Position numbers and translations under genes: made by a program. Below the pieces are notes generated by a model, which was given only the letters and a program-made list of their open reading frames with translations, was not told the DNA's origin and ran no database searches. This document shows positions 16,290 through 24,817 of a stretch of DNA of 64,000 nucleotides, in pieces; the stretch's first letter is position 1, and every line of letters starts with the position of its first letter. Location: assembly GCA_028278065.1 (NCBI GenBank), contig JANQFA010000095.1, forward strand, positions 3,349-67,348. Direction: 5' to 3'. The stretch is from Myxococcota bacterium (GTDB taxonomy: Bacteria > Myxococcota_A > UBA9160 > JAFDET01).

Positions 16290-17855
16290 ATGACCCGTCG
16301 TCGCCCCATCGCTCTCGTGCTCCTCGCTGCCCTCGCGGTGTCCCCGGCGAGCGCCTATCCCCTCGACGGCTACACCGAGACGGGCATCGCCCGGCTCGAG
16401 TACCAGCGGCGCGTCCAGGAGGGGCAGCTCAAGGGGCGCAAGCGACCCTCCGGAGAGCTCCTCCCCATGTCGATGGTCGACCTCCGGCTGCGGGACCGCC
16501 CCGACTTCCAGCTGCCGCCCTCGGATCCCACCCTCCTGAACCGGGTGAAGAAGGTCCTCGGGCCTCACGTGGATCGCTACGGGATCGCGCTGCTCGATCT
16601 CTCCGACCCGAACAAGCCGCGCTACGCCGAGTGGAACGGGGGCCAGCAGCAGAACCCGGGGAGCGTCGGCAAGGTCCTCGTGGCGCTCTCGATCTTCCAG
16701 GCGCTGGCCGACATCTACCCCGACGACATCGAGGCGCGCAAGCGGGTCCTCCGCGAGTCGATCATCACGGCCGACATCTTCAGCGTCTACGACCACCACA
16801 CGGTCCCCTTCTTCGACGTCGAGACCAACGCGTACAAGCGGCACCCGATCCACGAGGGCGACAGCGGCTCGCTGTGGACCTACCTCGACTGGATGATGTC
16901 GCCCAGCTCCAACTCCGCCGCCGGGATGCTCCAGAAGCACCTGCTTCTGCTCCTCCACTACGGGAAGGACTACCCGGTGTCGGCCGAGGAGGAGGCCCGC
17001 TTCTTCAAGGAGACCTCGCGCGGGGACCTGAAGGCACTGCTCGAGAAGGGCATGCAGGAGCCGGTCACGCGCAACGGCCTCGACCTCGCGAACCTGCGCC
17101 AGGGCAGCTTCTTCACCCGCGAGGGCAAGCGGCGGGTTCCCGGGACCAGCAGCTACGCCACCCCCCGCTCGCTGCTGGAGTACTGCTTGAAGATGGAGCA
17201 GGGCAAGCTCGTGGACGAGTGGTCGAGCCGCGAGCTCAAGCGCCTCCTCTACATCACCGAGCGCCGCATCCGCTACGGCTCCTCCGGCGTCCTGCGCCCC
17301 TCCGCCGTCTACTTCAAGAGCGGCTCCCTGTACAGCTGCGCCCCGGAAGAGGGCTTCGTCTGCAAGAAGTACCACGGCAACAAGCGCAACTACATGAACT
17401 CGCTCGCCATCATCGAGACGCCCGCCGGCCAGGACCGCCTCTACTACATGGTGACCGTGCTCTCCAACGTGCTGCGCAAGAACTCGGCCCAGGACCACCG
17501 CGATCTGGCGCGGGCGGTACACGCCATGCTCCTCAACGACCACCCCCCCAAGCCCGTGCCCGAGGGCCAGCTTCCGCCCTCGGCGACCTACGGCGAGGGG
17601 TTCATCGGCTACGAGGCGGAGCGCGCGGAGCTGCGCCTCAAGACCGACACCCAGGAGGCGCTGCTCTCCCTGGGATACGCGATCGGGGACATCGACGGCG
17701 TGATCGGAGCCAACACCCGCAAGGCGATCCGCTCGTTCCAGAAGTCACAGGGGCTCAAGAGCACGGGCCAGCCGTCCGCGAGCCTGCTGGACACGATGCG
17801 TCGCGTGGCCCGCGAGAAGGGTCTGGCACGACCGATCCCCGCCGACACCCCGTAG
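16290..17855 (+). CDS. Secreted serine hydrolase (class A beta-lactamase-like fold) with a C-terminal peptidoglycan-binding domain
   Basis: ORF track entry. Signal peptide present. An SxxK-type GSVGK motif is present. The C-terminus LLSLGYAIGDIDGVIGANTRKAIRSFQKSQGLKSTGQ matches the PG_binding_1 pattern. Confidence 0.8.
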   Translation: MTRRRPIALVLLAALAVSPASAYPLDGYTETGIARLEYQRRVQEGQLKGRKRPSGELLPMSMVDLRLRDRPDFQLPPSDPTLLNRVKKVLGPHVDRYGIALLDLSDPNKPRYAEWNGGQQQNPGSVGKVLVALSIFQALADIYPDDIEARKRVLRESIITADIFSVYDHHTVPFFDVETNAYKRHPIHEGDSGSLWTYLDWMMSPSSNSAAGMLQKHLLLLLHYGKDYPVSAEEEARFFKETSRGDLKALLEKGMQEPVTRNGLDLANLRQGSFFTREGKRRVPGTSSYATPRSLLEYCLKMEQGKLVDEWSSRELKRLLYITERRIRYGSSGVLRPSAVYFKSGSLYSCAPEEGFVCKKYHGNKRNYMNSLAIIETPAGQDRLYYMVTVLSNVLRKNSAQDHRDLARAVHAMLLNDHPPKPVPEGQLPPSATYGEGFIGYEAERAELRLKTDTQEALLSLGYAIGDIDGVIGANTRKAIRSFQKSQGLKSTGQPSASLLDTMRRVAREKGLARPIPADTP

Positions 17856-17919
17856 CTGCGAAGGAGCGGGGCGCGGCATCCCCGGGCCGCGGAGGCGGGC
17901 GCTCGGGTACCCTCGCGGG

Positions 17920-18354
17920 ATGCCTCGCGACCTGTCCGTGCGACCCGACCTGGTCATCCCCGGCGACGAGCTGCGGGAGACCGCCAGCCGTGCAGGCGGA
18001 CCGGGAGGCCAGCACGTCAACAAGACCAGCACCCGGGTCACCCTGCGCTGGGCGCTGGGGCGGAGCCAGGCCGTGTCCGACGCCCAGCGCGCCCGTCTGC
18101 GCCGACGCCTGGCCACCCGGATCACCGCGGCCGGCGACCTGGTCGTGAACGCCTCGTCCACCCGCAGCCGGGCGCGAAACCGGGAACGCGCGCGCGAACG
18201 CCTGGCCGAGCTGGTCCGGGAGGGACTGTCGGTACGGCGCAGCCGCCGCCCCACCCGTCCGGGCCGCGCCGCACGGGAGCGGCGGCTCGAGGGCAAGCGG
18301 CAGCGGGGCCAGGTCAAGCGCGGCCGGGGGCCGGTGCGCGAGGACGCCGACTAG
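17920..18354 (+). CDS. arfB: Alternative ribosome-rescue factor ArfB (peptidyl-tRNA hydrolase, GGQ)
   Basis: GPGGQHVNKTSTRV motif plus a basic C-terminal tail, 144 aa. Confidence 0.9.
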   Translation: MPRDLSVRPDLVIPGDELRETASRAGGPGGQHVNKTSTRVTLRWALGRSQAVSDAQRARLRRRLATRITAAGDLVVNASSTRSRARNRERARERLAELVREGLSVRRSRRPTRPGRAARERRLEGKRQRGQVKRGRGPVREDAD

Positions 18355-18371
18355 GCGGTATCCTGCGCCCC

Positions 18372-19469
18372 GTGCACGGCTCCCTCGACTGCGTCCTGGT
18401 GACCGGCGGTGCCGGCTTCATCGGCTGCAACTTCGTGCGCCACCTGCTCGGAACGGGCGACGGGCGCGTGGTCGTACTCGACAAGCTCACCTACGCCGGG
18501 CACCGCGCCAGCCTGGCGGATGTGGAGTCCGATCCCCGCTTCCACTTCGTCGAGGGAGACATCGCGGACCCGCAGCGGGTCGAGGCGCTCTTCCGCGAGC
18601 ATCGCCCCAGCGCGGTGGTCAACTTCGCCGCGGAGTCCCACGTGGACCGCTCCATCGATGGTCCGGCGGCCTTCGTCCGGACCAACGTGCAGGGCGTGTT
18701 CGTGCTGCTCGAGGCCGCGCGCAGCCACCGGGAGTCGCTCGAGGGCGCCGCCCGGGACGCCTTCCGCTTCCTCCACGTCTCCACGGACGAGGTCTTCGGC
18801 TCCCTGGGTGCGGAGGGGAAGTTCTCGGAGACGACGCCGTACGCCCCGCGCAGCCCCTACTCGGCCACCAAGGCCGGCGCCGATCACCTCGCCCGCGCCT
18901 GGCATGCGACCTACGGGCTCCCCGTCCTCGTCACGAACTGCTCCAACAACTACGGGCCCTACCAGTTCCCGGAGAAGGTCATCCCCCTGATGACCCTCAA
19001 CGCCGCCGAGGGCAAGCCCCTGCCCATCTACGGAGACGGCCTCAACATCCGCGACTGGCTCTACGTGGGTGACCACTGCGAGGCGCTGCGCCGGGTGCTC
19101 GAGGCGGGCCGGCCCGGCGGCTCCTACAACATCGGCGGCGACGCGGAGCGCACGAACATCCAGATCGTCGACGCGATCTGTGCCGCACTCGAGACCGAGC
19201 TCCCGGCGGCGCGCAATCCCGCCCTCGCCGGCCAGGGCGTCGACTCCTACACGGCGCTCAAGACCTTCGTCGAGGACCGGCCCGGCCACGACCGCCGCTA
19301 CGCCGTGGACACCTCCCACATCCGCGCGGAGCTGGGCTGGCGCCCGGCCCACGACCTGGCCCAGGGCCTGCGCGAGACCGTGCGCTGGTACCTCGACCAC
19401 CGCGACTGGTGCGACACCGTCCAGGCCGACGGCTACCGCCGCAAGCGCCTCGGGCTCTCGCGCACCTGA
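18372..19469 (+). CDS. rfbB: dTDP-glucose 4,6-dehydratase
   Basis: VLVTGGAGFIGCNF, YSATKAGADHL and NNYGPYQFPEKVIPL are textbook RmlB motifs. Confidence 0.9.
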   Translation: MHGSLDCVLVTGGAGFIGCNFVRHLLGTGDGRVVVLDKLTYAGHRASLADVESDPRFHFVEGDIADPQRVEALFREHRPSAVVNFAAESHVDRSIDGPAAFVRTNVQGVFVLLEAARSHRESLEGAARDAFRFLHVSTDEVFGSLGAEGKFSETTPYAPRSPYSATKAGADHLARAWHATYGLPVLVTNCSNNYGPYQFPEKVIPLMTLNAAEGKPLPIYGDGLNIRDWLYVGDHCEALRRVLEAGRPGGSYNIGGDAERTNIQIVDAICAALETELPAARNPALAGQGVDSYTALKTFVEDRPGHDRRYAVDTSHIRAELGWRPAHDLAQGLRETVRWYLDHRDWCDTVQADGYRRKRLGLSRT

Positions 19470-19480
19470 GATCGGCCGCT

Positions 19481-19501
19481 CCCGGATCCGGGAATTCCCG
19501 G
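19481..19501 (+). terminator. Possible rfbB terminator (overlapping GC palindromes)
   Basis: CCCGGATCCGGG (19481-19492) overlaps CCGGGAATTCCCGG (19488-19501), 12 nt after the rfbB stop. There is no clear U-tract. Confidence 0.35.
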
Positions 19502-19771
19502 CAACGGGACCGGACCGCCCCGACTGGCCGGCCGAACGCGCCTGGGGCGTCCGCCCGAGAGGGCCGATCGGCGAAGGCCGGCGCGCTGTTGAGGGCAGAG
19601 CTGCATCCGCCGGCTACGGACGATGCCGCGCAGGGGACCGGCAAGCTGCCGGACCGCTTCCGGCGCCCTGCCGACCGCGATCCCGGAGCCGGGAACCCGC
19701 GGGCTCGGACCCGGCTTCCCTGTCGCGGCTCAACCTATTGGAACCGAAGGAGTTTCGGGATTCCACAGAGA

Positions 19772-19787
19772 TGGCACGGGGCTTGAT
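19772..19787 (+). promoter_or_regulatory. Sigma-54-like -24/-12 element
   Basis: TGGCAC-GGGGC-TTGAT compared with the consensus TGGCAC-N5-TTGCW. It lies ~47 nt upstream of the response-regulator start at 19833. The -12 GC is replaced by GA, so this call is weak. Confidence 0.3.
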
Positions 19788-19832
19788 AACAGAACGGGGT
19801 GGAGCTGAACAGGCAGCGCTCGGAGGCCCCCC

Positions 19833-20957
19833 GTGGAGCACACCGTCCTCTTCGTCGACGACGAGATCAACATCCTCAAGGCGATCCAGCGCCTGCTGCG
19901 CAACGAGCCGCTCAAGGTGCTCTCTGCGTCCCGTGCCCAGGAGGCGCTCGACCTCCTGGCCAACCACCCCTGCGAGGTCGTGGTGACCGACCAGCGCATG
20001 CCCGAGATGAGCGGCGTCGACCTGCTCTCCGGCGTGCGCGAGCGGCACCCCGACATCGTGCGCATGATGCTCACCGGGTACACGGAGATGACGATCGCGG
20101 TGGACGCCATCAACCGCGGCGAGATCTTCCGTCTGATCACCAAGCCCTGGAACGACGAAGAGCTCAAGGCCACGATCCGCCAGGCCTGCGATCACTACGA
20201 CCTGAAGCAGGAGATCAAGCGCCTCAACCAGGTCACCCGCGAGCAGAACTTCAAGCTCCAGGACATGAACCGGAACCTCGAGGGCAAGGTCCGCGAACGC
20301 ACCAAGCAGCTCGCCGAGAAGCACCAGGAGCTGCGCACGGCCTACGTCGAGACCATCAAGGCCCTCGCCGAGGCCGTCGACGCCAAGGACACCTACACCC
20401 GGGGTCACTCCGAACGAGTCGGCGTCTACGCCTCCAAGGTGGCCCGCGAGATGGGCTTCCCCAAGGAGTTCATCGAGCGCGTCTACATCGCGGGGGTGCT
20501 CCACGACGTCGGCAAGATCGGCGTGCGGGACGCGGTCATCACCAAGCCCGACCGCCTCGACAAGGAGGAGTACGAGGAGATCATGCAGCATCCCGAGATC
20601 GGCGCGAAGATCCTCGAGCCGGTCTCCTTCCTCTCGGACATCGTCCCCTGTGTACGTCACCACCACGAGTGGTACGACGGCTGCAACAAGGGCTACCCGC
20701 ACCGCCTGCGCGGCGAGCAGATTCCCCTGCCATCCCGGATCATCCTCGTGGCCGACACGGTGGAGGCGATGACGAGCGACCGCCCCTACCGCAAGGCGCT
20801 CACCCTCGAGCAGGCGATCCGCGAGCTGCACAAGTACTCGGGCAGCCAGTTCGACCCCGTCTGCGTCGACGCCATGAGCCGCCTCCTGGATCGCGAGGGA
20901 GACGGGTTCATCCGCAAGGACCAGCGCTTCGACATCTACGCGTTCATCGAGGGCTAG
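19833..20957 (+). CDS. Response regulator receiver + HD-GYP domain (RpfG-like c-di-GMP phosphodiesterase)
   Basis: The receiver domain has VLFVDDE..VVVTDQRMPEMSG..KPW. The HD-GYP domain has TYTRGHSERV..LHDVGKI..HHEWYDGCNKGYP. Confidence 0.9.
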   Translation: MEHTVLFVDDEINILKAIQRLLRNEPLKVLSASRAQEALDLLANHPCEVVVTDQRMPEMSGVDLLSGVRERHPDIVRMMLTGYTEMTIAVDAINRGEIFRLITKPWNDEELKATIRQACDHYDLKQEIKRLNQVTREQNFKLQDMNRNLEGKVRERTKQLAEKHQELRTAYVETIKALAEAVDAKDTYTRGHSERVGVYASKVAREMGFPKEFIERVYIAGVLHDVGKIGVRDAVITKPDRLDKEEYEEIMQHPEIGAKILEPVSFLSDIVPCVRHHHEWYDGCNKGYPHRLRGEQIPLPSRIILVADTVEAMTSDRPYRKALTLEQAIRELHKYSGSQFDPVCVDAMSRLLDREGDGFIRKDQRFDIYAFIEG

Positions 20958-20963
20958 ACGGCC

Positions 20964-21974
20964 GTGGACGCCGCGCTCTCTCCCGACCCCGCCGAGCGGA
21001 TCCCGCTCGGCCTGGAAGCCGACGCGGCGCTCCGCGCGGACCCCCGCCTGCTCGACCAGCCGGAGCGCCTGGGGCGCGTGCACGCCCACCTGCGCGAGGC
21101 CCTGGGGGAGACCGACGCGCGCGCCGCGCTCGTCCAGGCGGGCTTCCTGCACGGCATGCGGGACGCAAGAGCCGCCTCGGATGCCACCCTGGGCGAGCGG
21201 CTCGACCGGGCCGGGCGCCGGGTGCACGCGCCGCGCATCGCGTTCGATCTGAACCCGTCCGGCGCCCACCTCGATCTGAGCGGCGTGTGGCACGCCAAGA
21301 TGGAGGCCGCCGGTCTGGTCGCGGCGCTGGGGGTGCGCGGCGCCCCGGCCTGCAGCGTCTCCTGCGGCTATACCGCCGGCTGGCTCTCGGAGCTGATGGG
21401 CGAGGACCTGGCCGTCGTGGAGACCGAATGCGCCGCCACCGGCGCGCCGACCTGCCGCTTCCGGGTGCGGCGGGCGCGCGACTGGCTCTTCCGGCCGGAT
21501 CCCGCGGCGGCCGCGATCCTGGCCGCGCTCGACTTCGCGGCGCTGGGCGAGGCGGTCTGCGCCGCCCCCCATCCGCCCACCCCCGGGGTTCCCGAGGCCT
21601 GCGACGGGCCCGAGCCCGACGTCCCGGCGGTCCACGTCTGGGGGCCGGTCATGGTGGTGCCGTACGCCGGACCGGACGAGTCGATCCTGGCCCTCGACCT
21701 GATCACCCGGGACGAGTCGGCGCGCGACGTCTCGGTGGTGGTCATCGATCTGGGCGGCGCCTTCCTCGACCCGGGGATCGGCGCCCCGGCTCTCGAACGC
21801 GTCCTGTGCGCCGTCGAGCAGCGCGGGGCCGATGCCGTCCTGGCGGGCCTGTCTGCCGCGTCCCGGCGCTCGATCGGCCCGCTGGGGGCCCGCCACGTGC
21901 TCCTCGACGGGGATCTGGGCGAGGCGATCGCCACCGCGTTCCGCATCGCCGATGCGCAACAACGCGTGTACTGA
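20964..21974 (+). CDS. V4R domain + STAS domain protein (RsbR/partner-switching-like)
   Basis: SCGYTAGWLSELMG..ETECAATGAPTCRF is V4R-like. The C-terminal VWGPVMVVPYAG..VVVIDLGG layout is STAS-like. Confidence 0.7.
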   Translation: MDAALSPDPAERIPLGLEADAALRADPRLLDQPERLGRVHAHLREALGETDARAALVQAGFLHGMRDARAASDATLGERLDRAGRRVHAPRIAFDLNPSGAHLDLSGVWHAKMEAAGLVAALGVRGAPACSVSCGYTAGWLSELMGEDLAVVETECAATGAPTCRFRVRRARDWLFRPDPAAAAILAALDFAALGEAVCAAPHPPTPGVPEACDGPEPDVPAVHVWGPVMVVPYAGPDESILALDLITRDESARDVSVVVIDLGGAFLDPGIGAPALERVLCAVEQRGADAVLAGLSAASRRSIGPLGARHVLLDGDLGEAIATAFRIADAQQRVY

Positions 21975-22027
21975 GGCGTCGCGCACCCATCTCAAGCCAA
22001 TCGGCCGTCCGCCCGAAATCCACTCCG

Positions 22028-23512
22028 ATGGGCGAGATTCCGCAGGAGGGGGAGCTCTCGCACCTGGCCGTTCCGCGTCTGCTGCTGGCCCTGCGTCGGC
22101 AGCGCTACGACGGAGCGCTGGTGCTCGAGCGAGACCGCACGAGCAAGCGCGTCCTCTTCCAGGGCGGCGTTCCGGTGTTTGCCGAGTCCAATCTGCCGAG
22201 CGAGAGCCTCGGCGTGCAGCTCCTCGACGACGGCGTCATCGATCGCGAGCAGCACGCCCGCGTATCGGCGCTGGTCCAGGAACGCGGCGTGAAGGAGGGC
22301 GCGGCCCTGCTCGAGATGGGCGTCCTTCCGCCCCGCCAGCTCTTCACCGCGCTCAAGGACCAGGTGCGACGCCGCCTGGTCTCGTGCTTCGCCTGGGGCG
22401 ACGGCCGCTTCGCCCTGGCGCCGGGCGAGGCCACCGCGGACGAGGCGCAGGCCTTCCGCACCGAGCCCGTGGCGCTCATCTTCGAGGGCCTGGTCCGGCA
22501 TTGGGGACCGGAGCGCCTGCTGGCCGAGCTGACACCACACCTGGACCGCAGCGCGAATCCCACGCGGTCCTTCGAGCGCCTGCGCTCGCGCCTGGCCGAC
22601 AGCGAGCCCGCGGGCGAGATCCTCGACCGGCTGGCCGCCGGCGCGCCCCTGGGAAAGGCGCTCCAGGACGGGTCCTCGGTGGAGGCGCTCGCCGCCGCCT
22701 GGGTCGTGGACGCGGCGGGCGCCGTCGAGTGGTGCGACCCCAAGCCGAGCGGCGATGGGGACGACAGCGAGCCGGAGATCGAGCTCGAGCTGCTCTTCGG
22801 GGACGGGCCGGCGGCGGAGACCGGGCGGAAGCGCGACGCGCCCGCCTCCAAGCGCGGGGCACCGGTGGACGACGGAGAGATCGCCGCCCTGCGCAGCGAG
22901 GTCCTGGAACGCCACGGCGCCCTCGGCGAGCTCGATCACTACGGCGTCCTGGGCGTCCCCCACGACGCTCCTCCGGACACCATCAAGAGCGCGTACCTCA
23001 AGGCGGCGAAGCGTTTCCACCCGGACGCACTCGCCGGGCAGGGCCTGGGCGACGTGCGTAGCGAGGCGACCGCGCTCTTCGCCCGCGTCGCGCGCGCCTA
23101 CGCCACGCTGTCCGATCCCCAGGCGCGACGCAACTACGACGCCGAGCTGGCCGGCCACGCCACCGCCGACGCGGATCGCATCGCCAACGCGGAGGCGCTC
23201 TTCCGCAAGGGAGAGATCCTCCTGAAGGCGGGCGACTTCGGCGGCGCTCTGCCATTCCTCGAGCCGGCGGTGGATCTCTGGCCCGAGGACCCGGCCTACC
23301 GCTCCGCTCTCGGCTGGGCCCTCTTCAAGAAGAACCCGCCCGACTCGGCGACGGCGCGCGAGCATCTCGAGAAGTCGGTCGAGCTCGACGACCGCGACGC
23401 CAAGGCCTGGTTCCGGCTGGGCCACGTCCTGCGCGACCTGGGCGACGAGCAGGCCGGCGACCGCGCCCTCGCCCGCGCCCGCGAGATCGATCCCCAGGTC
23501 AGCGGCCGCTAG
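22028..23512 (+). CDS. DUF4388-like N-terminal domain + J domain + TPR protein
   Basis: These are the last 494 codons of shadow-extended ORF 19799..23512, starting at ATG 22028. The J domain reads DHYGVLGV..IKSAYLKAAKRFHPD. The C-terminus has TPR-like repeats. Confidence 0.8.
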   Translation: MGEIPQEGELSHLAVPRLLLALRRQRYDGALVLERDRTSKRVLFQGGVPVFAESNLPSESLGVQLLDDGVIDREQHARVSALVQERGVKEGAALLEMGVLPPRQLFTALKDQVRRRLVSCFAWGDGRFALAPGEATADEAQAFRTEPVALIFEGLVRHWGPERLLAELTPHLDRSANPTRSFERLRSRLADSEPAGEILDRLAAGAPLGKALQDGSSVEALAAAWVVDAAGAVEWCDPKPSGDGDDSEPEIELELLFGDGPAAETGRKRDAPASKRGAPVDDGEIAALRSEVLERHGALGELDHYGVLGVPHDAPPDTIKSAYLKAAKRFHPDALAGQGLGDVRSEATALFARVARAYATLSDPQARRNYDAELAGHATADADRIANAEALFRKGEILLKAGDFGGALPFLEPAVDLWPEDPAYRSALGWALFKKNPPDSATAREHLEKSVELDDRDAKAWFRLGHVLRDLGDEQAGDRALARAREIDPQVSGR

Positions 23513-23554
23513 CGCCGGGCTACCGGGAGAGATCGCCGGCCGCGGTCCGCCGGG

Positions 23555-24781
23555 CTACAGGGGAAGATCGCCGGCGGCCGGCGCCACGCTTCCCGTCCTG
23601 CTGAAGGCCTCGATGGCCCGCTGAGCGATCCGCCACTGGTGCACCTCGTCGGCGCCGTCGGCGAAGCGCGCCCAGCGGGCCTGCTTCATCATGTCGGCCA
23701 GGGGCGTGTCCGTCGAGTAGCCGAGCGCCCCGTGGACCTGGATGGCCCGGTCGATGATGCGGTTCAACGAGTTCGCCACGAAGTGCTTGGCCATCGAGAC
23801 CTCGCTCTTGAAGTCCTCCTTGCGGTCGATCTTGTACGCGGCGTGCAGGATCATCAGCTTGCACTGGTAGAGCTCCATCGTGCTGTCGGCGATGAGCCAC
23901 TGGATCCCCTGCTTCTCGGCCAGATAGGACCCGTGGGCGTAGCGCTGCAAGGCGCGGTCGATCATCATGTTCAGAGCGATCTCCGCCTGCCCCACCCAGC
24001 GCATGCAGTGAGCGAGCCGCGCCGGACCCAGGCGGGCCTGACCGAGCAGATGCCCCTGCCCTCGCCCGCCCAGGATGTTCTCCTTGGGCACCTGCAAACC
24101 AGTGATCCGGATCTCGCAGTGGTTGTGGCTGCCGCTCATGGTGTGGACGTCGCGCACGATCTCCCATCCCTCGGACGGGATGTCCACGAGGAACGCGGAG
24201 TTCGCCGCCTGGGGACGGTCCGGGTCGTCCTCGGTGCGCGCGATCAGGATGGCGAACTGCGCTCCCTGCGCGCCGGAGATGAACCACTTGTGGCCGTTGA
24301 TCCGCCAGTGGTCGCCGGCATCGACCGCCGCGGTCTGGATCAGGGTCGGATCCGAGCCGGCCACCTCGGGCTCGGTCATCGCGAAGCAGGAGCGCGCGCG
24401 CCCCTCGCAGAGCGGCTTCAGGTACTTCTCCTTCTGCTCGTCCGTCGCCCAGTGCAGGAGGGTGTGCATGTTGCCCTCGTCGGGCGCCTGGGCGTTGAGG
24501 GCGAACGGGCCGAAGCGGGTCTTGGCGGCCTCGGCCGACACCGCGGCCATGGCGACGTGGCCCAGCCCCATCCCGCCGTACTCCTCGGGCATGTGCGGCA
24601 GCCACAGGCCCCGCTCCTGCGCGGTCCTGCGCATGTGGACGACCTGCTTCACCAGGGTTGCGCGGTCGCCCTCCTGCTCGGCGATGGCGGCCTCGGCGGG
24701 GCGCACGATCTCGTCGCAGAACTGCCGCACCCGATGGCGCACCTCTTCGATCTCGGGGGGAAAGCTGAAGTCGATCGCCAT
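23555..24781 (-). CDS. Acyl-CoA dehydrogenase
   Basis: ORF track entry. Full-length ACAD-like sequence (CFAMTEPEVAGSD.., ..IHGALGYS..). Confidence 0.9.
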   Translation of the reverse strand: MAIDFSFPPEIEEVRHRVRQFCDEIVRPAEAAIAEQEGDRATLVKQVVHMRRTAQERGLWLPHMPEEYGGMGLGHVAMAAVSAEAAKTRFGPFALNAQAPDEGNMHTLLHWATDEQKEKYLKPLCEGRARSCFAMTEPEVAGSDPTLIQTAAVDAGDHWRINGHKWFISGAQGAQFAILIARTEDDPDRPQAANSAFLVDIPSEGWEIVRDVHTMSGSHNHCEIRITGLQVPKENILGGRGQGHLLGQARLGPARLAHCMRWVGQAEIALNMMIDRALQRYAHGSYLAEKQGIQWLIADSTMELYQCKLMILHAAYKIDRKEDFKSEVSMAKHFVANSLNRIIDRAIQVHGALGYSTDTPLADMMKQARWARFADGADEVHQWRIAQRAIEAFSRTGSVAPAAGDLPL

Positions 24782-24817
24782 GGCAGAGCCTCCTCGCGGC
24801 CGGTCGGCCGGAGCATG

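Noticed and set aside
19799-23512. A 1237-aa ORF as a single giant gene
   Set aside because: Its first ~740 codons overlap, out of frame, the well-supported REC-HD-GYP and V4R-STAS genes and are Arg/Pro/Gly-rich. Only the last 494 codons, from ATG 22028, are protein-like.
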